Positions 37,179 to 47,203 of a DNA stretch of 64,000 nt are shown one piece after another (within the stretch, counting starts at the first letter, position 1; the number at the start of each line of letters is the position of its first letter). The notes below the pieces were generated by a model. It did no database searches. It saw only the letters and a program-made list of their open reading frames with translations, and had not been told where the DNA came from. The position numbers and the translations under genes are program-made. The stretch comes from Patescibacteria group bacterium (GTDB taxonomy: Bacteria > Patescibacteriota > Patescibacteriia > UBA1558 > GWA2-36-10), in the NCBI GenBank assembly GCA_018819405.1, contig JAHJQF010000001.1, positions 290,097-354,096 of the forward strand, read 5' to 3'.

Positions 37179-37793
37179 ATGTATTTTAGAAGTATAGTCA
37201 GATCAATTGGTCATTACAAAATAAATATTATAATCAAAATACTTATAGCTTCTGATTTTATATTTTGGTCTTCTTATCAACTTTTTGCTCCTTTTTTTGC
37301 TATTTTTGTGACTGATAAAATTGCCGGTGGTGGTATAGAAACAATCGGTATTGCCGCCGCCCTTTATTTGATTTGTAAATCTTTATTTGAGATACCAGTC
37401 GGCATGTATATTGATCGGTCAAAATCTGAGAAGGATGATTTATTTAGTGCTTTTTTGGGCACTTTTTTAATAGGAATTTTATATTTAGGCTATTTGTTTA
37501 TTACTAGTGTTTGGGAGCTTTATTTACTTCAGGTGTTGATGGGAATAGCGGCGGCCATTTCTTATCCGGGCTGGTGTGCTATTTTTACTCGTCATATAGA
37601 CAAGGGTAAAGAAGGTTTTGAGTGGAGTTTATACGACATCTTGTCAGGGATTGGTATGGCTGGAGCGGCGGCTTTGGGCGGGTTTATTATAGAAAGTTTT
37701 GGTTTTAATTCGTTGTTTGTTTTGATTTCTATTATTTCTATTTTCAGTAGCTTTTTGTTGTTACTTATCAAAAATCAGTTATATAAAAAATAG
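37179..37793 (+). CDS. Half-size MFS-like transporter
   Basis: About 6 TM helices; IPVGMYID motif-A-like. Confidence 0.7.
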   Translation: MYFRSIVRSIGHYKINIIIKILIASDFIFWSSYQLFAPFFAIFVTDKIAGGGIETIGIAAALYLICKSLFEIPVGMYIDRSKSEKDDLFSAFLGTFLIGILYLGYLFITSVWELYLLQVLMGIAAAISYPGWCAIFTRHIDKGKEGFEWSLYDILSGIGMAGAAALGGFIIESFGFNSLFVLISIISIFSSFLLLLIKNQLYKK

Positions 37794-37796
37794 CCT

Positions 37797-38441
37797 TTAG
37801 GCTATTTTTTTGAGGGATTCTTTTATATTTTTAGACTTTTGAAAGTATGATCCGGGGCAAACTATATTGGCACCGGCATATTTAATTGCCGGGAAAGTTT
37901 GCTCATTTACGGCGCCATCTACTTCTATATTTAATTTGGGATATTTACTGCGCAGGGCTTTGATTTTTTTTAATGATTTGGGCTGGAATCTTTGACCTTG
38001 CTTGCCAGGGGTGACACCCATGACTTGGATAGTATCAAAATATTTTATTAGGTCTTTTATTTTATAGAGCGGTGTATTGGGGTTGATAGCTAGCCCTGTT
38101 TTTATTTTTTTTGCCTTTAGGAATTTATTGATAGCCAGGATTCGGTCATGGTCAGTATTGGCCTCATAGTGCCAAATTATTTTTTTGACATTTTTGAGTT
38201 TGACCCAACGAGTGACATATTTACTAACGCCATCTACCATTAGATGAATTTCTAAATTATGTTTTTTAGTTAGATATTGGACTACATCAGGAGTGATAGA
38301 GTTTTTTTCTTTTACAAATTGACCATCCATAATATCAATTTGAACATAGTTAAAATAGGGGCTGATTTTTTTGAAGTGTTTGGTGAATTCAGCTTTATTT
38401 TTTGATAATATAGAGGGGATTATTTTGATTTTTTTAGACAT
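37797..38441 (-). CDS. rpe: Ribulose-phosphate 3-epimerase
   Basis: IPSIL, DIMDGQFV, HLMV, MGVTPG, EVDG. Confidence 0.9.
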   Translation of the reverse strand: MSKKIKIIPSILSKNKAEFTKHFKKISPYFNYVQIDIMDGQFVKEKNSITPDVVQYLTKKHNLEIHLMVDGVSKYVTRWVKLKNVKKIIWHYEANTDHDRILAINKFLKAKKIKTGLAINPNTPLYKIKDLIKYFDTIQVMGVTPGKQGQRFQPKSLKKIKALRSKYPKLNIEVDGAVNEQTFPAIKYAGANIVCPGSYFQKSKNIKESLKKIA

Positions 38442-38874
38442 TTATTTTTTTAATTCGTCTTTTGTAGCGCGTTAAATTACCAAAGTCTGTAGCGAGCCAG
38501 GCTCTGACTACTTGTAGAGATTTTTCATTGTTTAGTCTCCAAGCGGGCAGACAAATAATGTTGGCATCATCATCGTGGCGAGCTCGACGAGCCGCAGCAG
38601 ATGACCAGCCTAGAGCGGCTCGGATGTTTTTGAATTTGTTGGCAGTCATACACATGCCTTGTCCAGAGCCACAGAGCAAAATGCCAGTAGCATTTTTATC
38701 TTTTTGGATTTTTTTGGCCACAGCTTTGGCAAAGCCTGGATAATCATCGGAGGCTTGAAATTTTTTGTTTCCCAGATCGGTATAGGTAATATTTTTTTTA
38801 TCAAAATATTCTTTTAAATATTCTTTACTTTTAAAGCCATTGTGGTCGGCCGCGATGTAGATGATTTTAGTCAT
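38434..38874 (-). CDS. rpiB: Ribose-5-phosphate isomerase B
   Basis: AADHNG, DDYP, CGSGQG, RHDDAN. Confidence 0.9.
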   Translation of the reverse strand: MTKIIYIAADHNGFKSKEYLKEYFDKKNITYTDLGNKKFQASDDYPGFAKAVAKKIQKDKNATGILLCGSGQGMCMTANKFKNIRAALGWSSAAARRARHDDDANIICLPAWRLNNEKSLQVVRAWLATDFGNLTRYKRRIKKINV

Positions 38875-38893
38875 AATTTTGTAACCCTAGGGG

Positions 38894-39286
38894 TTATTTA
38901 TTTTTTAAACTTTTTGACTTAAGTGATATAGCAAATACGCCTAGGATAGAAAGATAAGTAGCGGTAAATTGGGAGTATAGCTGATATCTTTTATCAATAG
39001 CACTAATGACAATAAATATAAGCATCAGTATTGTCCAGGTCACTATAAATATCTCACCGTTGTAGCGGGAAAAGAAATCTTTGTTTTTCCAACGGCTGTA
39101 TTCTTTGACGCCGGTAAAAATAGAGAGGATAGATAGGTAGATGATAGTGATGTCAGTCAGCAGATAGCTCATATCCCAAATTTTGAAAAAAGTGAGCAAA
39201 AAGATAAGGGAAGTAATAATACCCCAAAAGTTGGTTAGTCCCTTCCAGAACACTAGTTCGGCTTTTGTTTTTTTATGGTTTTTCAC
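38894..39286 (-). CDS. Hypothetical membrane protein
   Basis: 4 TM helices. Confidence 0.65.
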   Translation of the reverse strand: MKNHKKTKAELVFWKGLTNFWGIITSLIFLLTFFKIWDMSYLLTDITIIYLSILSIFTGVKEYSRWKNKDFFSRYNGEIFIVTWTILMLIFIVISAIDKRYQLYSQFTATYLSILGVFAISLKSKSLKNK

Positions 39287-39450
39287 TTAGTTAGAAGTTA
39301 ATATTATAATATTTTGCTCAGTTAGACCCGTTAAAAACTCACTATTAATTTTTAATGGGCTTAGCTGGACTGGTAGCTTTATTTTACCATATTTTGTAAT
39401 TGATATAAAATTATATTGATGTTAAGATTAGTTTCTAAAATATATTTTAT

Positions 39451-41199
39451 ATGAAATTATTATTTAGATATATAAAAGATTACAAAAAAATGCTCACCGG
39501 AGTCTTGATTTTGGCCGCTATAAATCAGATTTTTTCTCTGTTGGATCCGCAGATTTTTCGACTATTGATAGATAATTATGCCTCCAAGGTAGACCAGCTG
39601 ACCAAGCAGGAATTTTTTCGTGGCTCTGGTCTTTTACTTTTGGCCTTTGTCGGCGTGGCTTTGGTGTCTAGGATAGCCAAAAATTTTCAGGACTATTATG
39701 TCAATGTGATTACCCATCGTCTGGGCACCAAGCTTTATGCTAGGAGCGTGGAACATTCTTTTTATTTGCCTTATTCTGTCTTTGCCGATCAAAGTTCGGG
39801 TGAGATACTACAAAAAATGCAAAAAGCCAGAGATGATTTACAAAGATTGATTACGGGCTTGGTCAATTTACTCTTTGTTTATTTACTAGGTATTATTTTT
39901 GTACTTATTTATGCTTTTTTTGTTCATTGGATAATAGGAGCTAGCATTGCTCTTATTGTACCGACATTGGCTATTACTATATTTTTTATATCTCGCCGTA
40001 TCAAGCTGGTCCAAAATCAAGTAGTCAAAGAGCAGTCTGCTTTGGCCGGAGCTACTACCGAGACTTTGAGAAATGTAGAGCTGGTCAAAAGCTTGGGTCT
40101 AGAAGACCAAGAGATAAAAAGACTCAATGATGTCAATGAACATATTCTTTCTTTGGAACTAAAAAGAGTCAAACTAGTCAGGACGCTGAGTTTTATCCAA
40201 GGTACTTTGCTCAATGGTCTACGAGCCTTGATCATGTTTATTATGTTATATTTGATGTTTGATCACCTTATCAGTTTGGGACAATTTTTTACATTGTTGT
40301 TTTATTCATTCTTTTTATTTAGTCCTTTGGCTGAGCTGGGCAACTTGGCTGAGCAATATCAGCAAGCCAAAAGCAGCAGCGAGGCTTTAGAAAAAGTCTT
40401 GGCTATGGAACCGGAAAAGCAGATAGACAATCCCATAGTAGTAGACAATGTGGAGTCTATCTCTTTTGAGGATGTGGTCTTTACCTATCAGGGTAGTCCC
40501 AAACACGCTCTCAATAGCATCAGTTTGGACATCAAGGCTGGGCAAAGCGTAGCTTTGGTCGGACCGTCTGGAAGCGGCAAAAGTACAATCGTCAAGCTGC
40601 TACTCAAATTGTATCAGCCACAATTTGGTAAAATAAAAATAAATAAAAAAATAGATATAGCGGATACAGAAAATAAAAGTTTTAGACAAAAAATTGGTCT
40701 GGTTTCTCAGGATACTCAGCTTTTTTCTGGTACCATTCGTGAAAACCTTTTATTTGTCAGTCCTGGTGCCACAGAAGATGATTGCTATAGGGTGATGCAG
40801 ATGGCCGCAGCCAGCAGTGTTTTGCAAAGAGCAGAGAGCGGATTGGACACCAAGATAGGCGAGGGAGGTATCAAGCTTTCGGGTGGAGAAAAACAAAGGC
40901 TAGCTATTGCCAGAGCACTATTACGTAATCCAAGTATTTTGATATTTGACGAGGCGACCTCCAGTCTTGATTCATTGACAGAGTTGGAAATTACTAAGAC
41001 TATAAAAAATATTGCCAAAGAGCGTCCTAGTCTTATCACAGTTTTAGTCGCTCATAGGTTGTCTACTATATCGCACGTCAAAAATATTTATGTTTTGGAA
41101 AAAGGCAAAGTAGTAGAAGAGGGTAGTCATGAAGAGCTAGTCAAACAAGGTGGACTTTATAGTGCTTTATGGAAACAGCAGTCAGCTAGCATAGATTAG
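39451..41199 (+). CDS. ABC exporter (fused TMD + ATPase)
   Basis: GPSGSGKS, LSGGEKQR, FDEATS. Confidence 0.92.
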   Translation: MKLLFRYIKDYKKMLTGVLILAAINQIFSLLDPQIFRLLIDNYASKVDQLTKQEFFRGSGLLLLAFVGVALVSRIAKNFQDYYVNVITHRLGTKLYARSVEHSFYLPYSVFADQSSGEILQKMQKARDDLQRLITGLVNLLFVYLLGIIFVLIYAFFVHWIIGASIALIVPTLAITIFFISRRIKLVQNQVVKEQSALAGATTETLRNVELVKSLGLEDQEIKRLNDVNEHILSLELKRVKLVRTLSFIQGTLLNGLRALIMFIMLYLMFDHLISLGQFFTLLFYSFFLFSPLAELGNLAEQYQQAKSSSEALEKVLAMEPEKQIDNPIVVDNVESISFEDVVFTYQGSPKHALNSISLDIKAGQSVALVGPSGSGKSTIVKLLLKLYQPQFGKIKINKKIDIADTENKSFRQKIGLVSQDTQLFSGTIRENLLFVSPGATEDDCYRVMQMAAASSVLQRAESGLDTKIGEGGIKLSGGEKQRLAIARALLRNPSILIFDEATSSLDSLTELEITKTIKNIAKERPSLITVLVAHRLSTISHVKNIYVLEKGKVVEEGSHEELVKQGGLYSALWKQQSASID

Positions 41200-41312
41200 T
41201 GTTGACTAATTGAGTAATTATTGTTATACTTTGGCGTGCCTAATTAATCGTATAATAGTTTAATTGCATATTAGATTAATAGGGTAAATTATTTGAAGAA
41301 GAAGAGCGATTT

Positions 41313-41594
41313 ATGAAGTATAGCGAACATCAAAGTTACAAAATTGGCTTTGAATTATCCAATATTGTTTGGAAAATAGTAAAAGGTTGGTATAGGTATT
41401 ATAAGAAAGATAAAATAGTATTTTTCAATTATGCCAAAGCTTCTTTTTATGAATCAGTTGATTGGATAAATAAAGCCATACAAAGGGGTCTTATAAAAAA
41501 GACAGAGGCGGATAGATTAAGGACTTTGATAATAAAATTTCCTAAAGAGATAAACGGCTTAATAAAAGGCACAAGGATAAATTTGAAAAAATAA
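41313..41594 (+). pseudogene. Four-helix-bundle (23S rRNA IVP-like) protein with an apparent internal deletion
   Basis: LSNIVWKIVKGW is joined directly to YRYYKKDKIVFFNYAKAS; the usual central QxxRAxDSIxANIAEG segment is missing; flanked by about 8 nt periodic repeats. Confidence 0.55.
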
Positions 41595-41639
41595 TCAATT
41601 AACCTATTGACCAATTAGTCTATTAAGCTATTATTTTAT

Positions 41640-41714
41640 GCCCCGGTAGTTCAACGGATAGAATAGAAGCCTTCTAAGCTTTAGATTCAGGTTCGATTCC
41701 TGGCCGGGGTACCA
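41640..41714 (+). tRNA. tRNA-Arg(TCT)
   Basis: GCCCCGG/CCGGGGT acceptor stem, anticodon loop CTTCTAA, GGTTCGATTCC, encoded CCA. Confidence 0.95.
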
Positions 41715-41807
41715 GATTAATTGTATAATTGTTCAATTGAATAATAGTTTAATTGAATCAAACAATTAGACAAATAGGCAATTAGTCTATTAAGCAATTA
41801 TTTCCGT

Positions 41808-41883
41808 GGTGCCCATAGTGTAATGGTTAACACAGAAGCTTGTGGAGCTTTTAATGAGGGTTCAATTCCCTCTGGGCACCCCA
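41808..41883 (+). tRNA. tRNA-His(GTG)
   Basis: G-1, GTGCCCA/TGGGCAC, anticodon loop TTGTGGA, GGTTCAATTCC, C discriminator, CCA. Confidence 0.95.
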
Positions 41884-41983
41884 TGAAAATATCGCTAATT
41901 TTAGCGGTGTTTTTGTTTAACCAAAGAAGGGAATAGAACTAAAATGAAAGAGCCTCCAAGTCCGTAGACTTGAAGGCTCACTT

Positions 41984-43492
41984 TTACAACCCCCAGTTTT
42001 TGGTTTCTTTGGCGACCATCATACAGTCGCCGTTGACTTCTTGCATCCATTGGAATCGAAGCTTGGTTAGCTCCTCAGGAGTCAAACCACCTACAGGGAA
42101 TGCCGCTCGTTCGTGGCTCGTTCGGAGATCAAGATCAGGGAACAAAGACTGAAATTTGTTGTAGGCCATGGTACCAGGAATGGCTGTAACGATGAAAATC
42201 ATCGCATAAGCCAACCCAACTTGCTTCAATTTTATGGCGTATTCTACCGTCCTTTCCATGTCTTGCAGAGACTCGTTTTGAAAGCCAACCATGAAGCCAC
42301 CGACTACTTCAATACCAGAATTGGTAGCGTAGCGGACAATTTCTTCAGCTGGTTCTACTCTGGTGTTGATGTGGGGCTTATGACTTTCTATCAAGGATTG
42401 AGGATTTGCCGACTCAATAGCTAAGTAGAAGCGGTAGCAACCAGACTCGGCAAGCTTGTTTAAGACTTGCTTATAAGTCAGGTTATGTCCCGGCTTCATA
42501 AACTTGAACATTGAGAGGCCACCCTCTTCAAACCAGCTCATGCTGTGTTTTTTCAGGATGTCACAGATAGCCATTGCTCTCTGCATGTCAGCAAAGAACA
42601 TGTCGTCTTCGACAACTAGCTCAGTGACACCAGCTGCTTTTAGAAGCACGACTTCTTGTTCAAATCTAGCTAGGCTGTAGTAGCGAATGTTTCCCGCCAT
42701 AATATGAATATGGCAGAAGTCACATTTCAGCGGACAACCTTGGCTAGACATGATGTAAGCAAGTCTTCCTTCTTTCTGGTGGCGACTCCCACCTGTATGC
42801 TCGGGCGTGTCATACATTGGGTGAAGTGGGATTTCCAAACGGCGCGGTGCCAGAAGGTCCAGATCGGGTAGTAATCCACGACCAGGATTGTCTACTGGCT
42901 TACCAATCGAATCTTTATAACTTACTCCGAGAACGGGAGTGAAGTTACGTGATGATTGGTTGGATTCCAGGGAGTAGCAGAGCTCAGGAAAGCTCACAAC
43001 TCCTTCTTTTCGAATTACCATGTCAACGTTTGGATCCTCTAATACCCTTTCTATATCACCAGTGGCATTGGAGCCACCTTCGGTGATAATTGCTTTGGGG
43101 TAGGCCTCTTTGGTTAGGGCAGCGACTCGGGCGACATTGTTTGCTTGGTTGCTAAACAAGCTAGTAATGCCGACAATGTCAGGATTGAATTGACTTAGCA
43201 GTTTTCTTAGCTGCTGGTCAGTTAATCCATAGCGGATACTGCCGTCATCTTGTGGGGTGAATTGGTTATAGGCAGCCATGCAGGCATCAATGAAAATTAC
43301 ATTGAAACCTTTGGCAACCAATTCAACAGCAATGAGCTCTAATCCTAGGGGGCAACCAGCTCTACGAGTTTCATATTTTTCAAAGAAACTATAGAATGGC
43401 ACTAGAAGAAGTACAGTCAAACGACTTTCTTCTTCGTTGTTGTAAATAACACCCTCGGGGATTATTTTTACCGACATTTTCGGATTCATCAT
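41984..43492 (-). CDS. B12-binding radical SAM protein
   Basis: N-terminal PLGL...PDIVGITS cobalamin-binding domain; CPLKCDFC. Confidence 0.88.
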   Translation of the reverse strand: MMNPKMSVKIIPEGVIYNNEEESRLTVLLLVPFYSFFEKYETRRAGCPLGLELIAVELVAKGFNVIFIDACMAAYNQFTPQDDGSIRYGLTDQQLRKLLSQFNPDIVGITSLFSNQANNVARVAALTKEAYPKAIITEGGSNATGDIERVLEDPNVDMVIRKEGVVSFPELCYSLESNQSSRNFTPVLGVSYKDSIGKPVDNPGRGLLPDLDLLAPRRLEIPLHPMYDTPEHTGGSRHQKEGRLAYIMSSQGCPLKCDFCHIHIMAGNIRYYSLARFEQEVVLLKAAGVTELVVEDDMFFADMQRAMAICDILKKHSMSWFEEGGLSMFKFMKPGHNLTYKQVLNKLAESGCYRFYLAIESANPQSLIESHKPHINTRVEPAEEIVRYATNSGIEVVGGFMVGFQNESLQDMERTVEYAIKLKQVGLAYAMIFIVTAIPGTMAYNKFQSLFPDLDLRTSHERAAFPVGGLTPEELTKLRFQWMQEVNGDCMMVAKETKNWGL

Positions 43493-43581
43493 GGGCTCCC
43501 TTCGGGGGGGATTGTTGATTGTTAAAGGACTGGTGATCTAAAACATAAAATTATAACAATTTTTGCCTATTATGTCAACGA

Positions 43582-43603
43582 TACTCGACAGTTTTGTCGA
43601 GTA
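43582..43603. promoter_or_regulatory. Palindromic operator between the radical SAM and TrmB-like genes
   Basis: tactcgaca-gttt-tgtcgagta next to a minus-strand TTGACA (43573-43578). Confidence 0.5.
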
Positions 43604-43689
43604 AATTCAGCCTATTATTAAAAGGGCTATTGACTAAAGGGGAATTATGTATTATAATGATGACGAAAGATTCGACATAATTTAAAAAT

Positions 43690-44424
43690 ATGGAAAGTAT
43701 ATTAAAACAACTAGGTTTTTCTGATAATGAAGCTAAGGTCTATTTAGCTGCTTTAGGCTTAGGAAAAGCTTCAGCACAGGACATTGCTAAACAAGCTAGT
43801 CTAAAGAGAACTACAGTTTATTCAGTTTTAGACTATTTAATAGAGCGAGGTGTGATTGGTAAAAGCACTGAACGTGGTAAAACTCGTTTTGTAGCTGAGG
43901 CACCAGACAAACTATTAGCAATGACTGATCAATTACGGGAAAAAATAAAAAAAGCCCTACCAGAATTGGAGGCTGTATATAATAAAAGCGAGTCAAAACC
44001 AAAAATTGTGTTTTATGAAGGCAAAGAGGCTATTCAAAACATTTATGATGACACTTTGCGAGAAAAACCAGATGCTATTTTAGAATGGAATACCAATGCT
44101 TACTTTGAACGTTTTCCTAAAGACCACGCTTATATTGATAAAAGAGTAAAACTCAACATTCAAGCAAGGCGTATTGCTGGTGAAGGATCAGTTTGGCACA
44201 CTAAACATAAAGGATATGATAAATCAGAGCTCTCTGAGACTATTGTTGTACCAAAAGATAAGTTTTGGCCAATGATTGAAGTTAATATTTATAATAATAA
44301 AGTTGCTTTTATGAATTACGCCGATGAGATGTCAGTTGTTATTGAAAACAAGGCTATTGCCGAAGCAATGAAACAGATTTATGAACTTTCTTGGCAAGGT
44401 GCTAAGAAGATTGAAGTAAATTAG
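43690..44424 (+). CDS. TrmB-family transcriptional regulator
   Basis: LGFSDNEAKVYLAAL...RTTVY HTH; EVNIYNNKV. Confidence 0.88.
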   Translation: MESILKQLGFSDNEAKVYLAALGLGKASAQDIAKQASLKRTTVYSVLDYLIERGVIGKSTERGKTRFVAEAPDKLLAMTDQLREKIKKALPELEAVYNKSESKPKIVFYEGKEAIQNIYDDTLREKPDAILEWNTNAYFERFPKDHAYIDKRVKLNIQARRIAGEGSVWHTKHKGYDKSELSETIVVPKDKFWPMIEVNIYNNKVAFMNYADEMSVVIENKAIAEAMKQIYELSWQGAKKIEVN

Positions 44425-44530
44425 GAATATAAACATCATTTTTTGCAATTATTTATAGCTAGTATATTCTCTCTAACATTAGCCATGTATTCTTTATCTG
44501 AGAGAATAGTTATAATATCGTTCTGAGACT

Positions 44531-44577
44531 GACCCCATAGAAGAAATCGCTCTAAAAGCGGTTTTTTGATATAATGA
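44531..44577 (+). repeat. 47 nt exact repeat (second copy 54048-54094): tRNA-3'-like ACCCCA + hairpin + TGATATAAT
   Basis: gaccccatagaagaaatcgctctaaaagcggttttttgatataatga. Confidence 0.85.
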
Positions 44578-44598
44578 TAATGTTATTAAAATAAAAAT

Positions 44599-44787
44599 AT
44601 GGAAGAGAAAAAAATAAAACAAGAAAATATAACTATTCCTAAAAAGGCAATGTACGGTATTGCGCCAGTTATTGCTATATCTGCAGTATTAATTTCTAAA
44701 GATCAACCTGGGCCATTGCTTTTATTTTTTATTGGCATTAGCGCAGGAGTATTTATTGGTAAAGGATTTTTTGAAAATAAGAAATAA
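44599..44787 (+). CDS. Small 2-TM protein
   Basis: 62 aa ORF after the shared leader. Confidence 0.6.
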   Translation: MEEKKIKQENITIPKKAMYGIAPVIAISAVLISKDQPGPLLLFFIGISAGVFIGKGFFENKK

Positions 44788-44792
44788 ATAAT

Positions 44793-44942
44793 ATGAAAAT
44801 ACAAGACACATTAGGAGCTGGCTTGGTTGTAGTAGGGATTATCTTTTTAAATAGTAATCCAACCATTGGAATGCTGTTTGTTGGATTTGGGTTAGGTTAT
44901 AATGTGCGTCCTCATCTACAAAAAATGTTTAAAAAGAAATAA
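44793..44942 (+). CDS. Small 2-TM protein (49 aa), not in the ORF track
   Basis: MKIQDTLGAGLVVVGIIFLNSNPTIGMLFVGFGLG... Confidence 0.5.
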   Translation: MKIQDTLGAGLVVVGIIFLNSNPTIGMLFVGFGLGYNVRPHLQKMFKKK

Positions 44943-45116
44943 TTAGAATACAGGAATGTAAATATTTTCTTTTTGTTGTTGTATTTGAGTTCTAACTTTC
45001 TGTATTGTGCCACAATCATTTTTAGGGGTAGTAGCGAGAAGATATTAGAAATAAAATAATAAAAAAAGCAGGCCCAGATCACTGAATGTGATCTGGGCCT
45101 TTTCCGTCTATGCAGA

Positions 45117-46031
45117 TTATCTTGCCTGGTAGTTGGGGAGACCAACTACGCAAGGCAAAGCGGTGTCTGCGACGTGAAGCATTTCCGAAGTGATGTCTTG
45201 ACCTCCGCCGATGGTGGCATTGAACACCTTCACTTCCTGCTGGACGTCTACCTGGAGTGTCAGTCGTTGGTAGTGTTCAGCAAGGTGAAGAAGCGTGTGC
45301 AATATGTTGCCTGCCATCTTGCCGAGTGAAGGGACATCCTGCAGTGGATGAACTCGCTCGTCGAGAAATACTTGGGTGATTCGCTCTGATCCATATTCGA
45401 GTACTGCTTGGAGCAGTATAGCGACCTCTACGCTGTAACCAGAATAGAAGGTTGCTTTCTCGAGGAACTTGCGAGTCCCAGCATATTCTCCAGCCAGGGG
45501 CTGTATGAAATCGGCGGTTTCGGGAAATAGCATATTGAGGAAAGGTCGAGCTAGAAGCTCGGTTACCCTAGCGTCACCTTTGGGTCGCTTGTAGTATCCC
45601 TTGGTAAAGACTACCTCAGGATCCATCAGGAAGGGAGCGATAATTCCCAAGATGAAACGGGGGTGGATGTTCTCTATGTCGGTGTCAATCCAGGCGACGA
45701 CATCGCCAGTGGTATAGTACACACTACTCCATAGATTCCAGCCTTTTCCTCTTGCTAAGGGGATAGATATGGCCTTGGCAGTATGCTCATCTTGAATTGC
45801 TTTGAAGCCAAGCTGAGAACACATATCCAAGGTGTTGTCGGTTGATCCGCTGTCGAGCACGATGATCTCATCGACCAATGGCTGACATGACATAGCACAC
45901 TCGATGACACGAACAACTGTTGTCTCCTCATTTTTGACGGGGAGAGCCAAGCTGATCGTTATTTGGCGCTCTTGTTTGAGAGCCAAGAGGTGCGCCATGT
46001 CAGCGGCGTCTAAGTACGACATATATTTCAT
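45117..46031 (-). CDS. Glucosyl-3-phosphoglycerate synthase-like glycosyltransferase
   Basis: LPVKNEE, DSGSTD, GKG, WIDTD, RVTELLARP, QPLAGEYA. Confidence 0.8.
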   Translation of the reverse strand: MKYMSYLDAADMAHLLALKQERQITISLALPVKNEETTVVRVIECAMSCQPLVDEIIVLDSGSTDNTLDMCSQLGFKAIQDEHTAKAISIPLARGKGWNLWSSVYYTTGDVVAWIDTDIENIHPRFILGIIAPFLMDPEVVFTKGYYKRPKGDARVTELLARPFLNMLFPETADFIQPLAGEYAGTRKFLEKATFYSGYSVEVAILLQAVLEYGSERITQVFLDERVHPLQDVPSLGKMAGNILHTLLHLAEHYQRLTLQVDVQQEVKVFNATIGGGQDITSEMLHVADTALPCVVGLPNYQAR

Positions 46032-47203
46032 GATTCACCTCCTATCATAGCACTACAGACCTTGCGGACAGCAGTGCAGCAGACGTCAACGAAATGACTG
46101 GTCACGTCGGGGTTGGTGTATAGGTTAAACAGCGATGTTGTCACCCGGTGTGAAACTACAGGCTGGTTGGAACCAGCAAATACCGCAGTTCTAGAAAGTG
46201 CTACTGGGTAAAGACAATTGACCATGGCTCCTTCAGCCCTTACAGCCTTAAGAAACCATTCTCGATGTGCTGATAGTTTGGTCATAAGGACTGCAGTCAG
46301 GCAGTGATTGACGTGACCATCTGCATCATCTTGGAACTGTAGGTGAAGTTCGTTCAGACCGTCACGATAGAGCGCAGCGTTATAACAGCGCGAGCGATTG
46401 AGGTCCGGCAGCTTACGCAGTTGGACAAGCCCAATAGCCGCCTGTAACTCTGTCATTGCGTAGTTGTAGCCGAGTTTATCGTAGTCGTATACGGCCAGGT
46501 TATCACTGGTCAATCCGTGTCGGGTCAGCGATCTACACCGCCGAGCCAACTCTTCATTTCTAGTGACAACCATTCCACCCTCTCCGCAGCTCATGTTCTT
46601 CGTTTGGTAGAAACTATAGCAGGCAATGTCTCCGAAGGTACCTACTATTTGCCCACTAATAGTAGCTCCATGAGCTTGGGCGCAGTCTTCTATCAGACGG
46701 ATTCCACGTTCTTTCACCAGGGACACGATTTGATCCATATCGGCAGGCATGCCGTATAGATGGACCACGATCACCGCCTTGGTGCGATTGGTTATTTTGG
46801 AACGCAGATCACGGACTGACAGGTTGAAGGTGTGGGGGTCAATGTCGCAAAACACGACTTTCGCCCCGGTTTGTAGAACTACCGAAGCGGTGGAAACGAA
46901 GGTCAAGTCAGGGACAATTACTTCGTCTCCATGGCCTATCTGCAAAGCATCGACAGCCGTATGAAGGGCAGTGGTGCCAGACGTAGTTGCAATCGCATAG
47001 GGCAAGTCGTGGTACGCAGCGAACGCTTGTTCAAACTGTTGTACCATTTCGCCCATGCCTGCTCTTGAAACTACACCTCTTCCCATTACCTCCCAGACAG
47101 CTTGCCGCTCTTCTTCGCCGAAGACCCGACCTCGTTTGAGACCTGCTGGATAAACGGCTTGACCACCGTTTATTGCCAGTGAAGGTTCTTCGAACATAAT
47201 CAC
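46028..47203 (-). CDS. DegT/DnrJ/EryC1/StrS aminotransferase
   Basis: SGTTALH, EDCAQAHG, SFYQTKNMSCGEGG. Confidence 0.9.
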   Translation of the reverse strand: MIMFEEPSLAINGGQAVYPAGLKRGRVFGEEERQAVWEVMGRGVVSRAGMGEMVQQFEQAFAAYHDLPYAIATTSGTTALHTAVDALQIGHGDEVIVPDLTFVSTASVVLQTGAKVVFCDIDPHTFNLSVRDLRSKITNRTKAVIVVHLYGMPADMDQIVSLVKERGIRLIEDCAQAHGATISGQIVGTFGDIACYSFYQTKNMSCGEGGMVVTRNEELARRCRSLTRHGLTSDNLAVYDYDKLGYNYAMTELQAAIGLVQLRKLPDLNRSRCYNAALYRDGLNELHLQFQDDADGHVNHCLTAVLMTKLSAHREWFLKAVRAEGAMVNCLYPVALSRTAVFAGSNQPVVSHRVTTSLFNLYTNPDVTSHFVDVCCTAVRKVCSAMIGGES

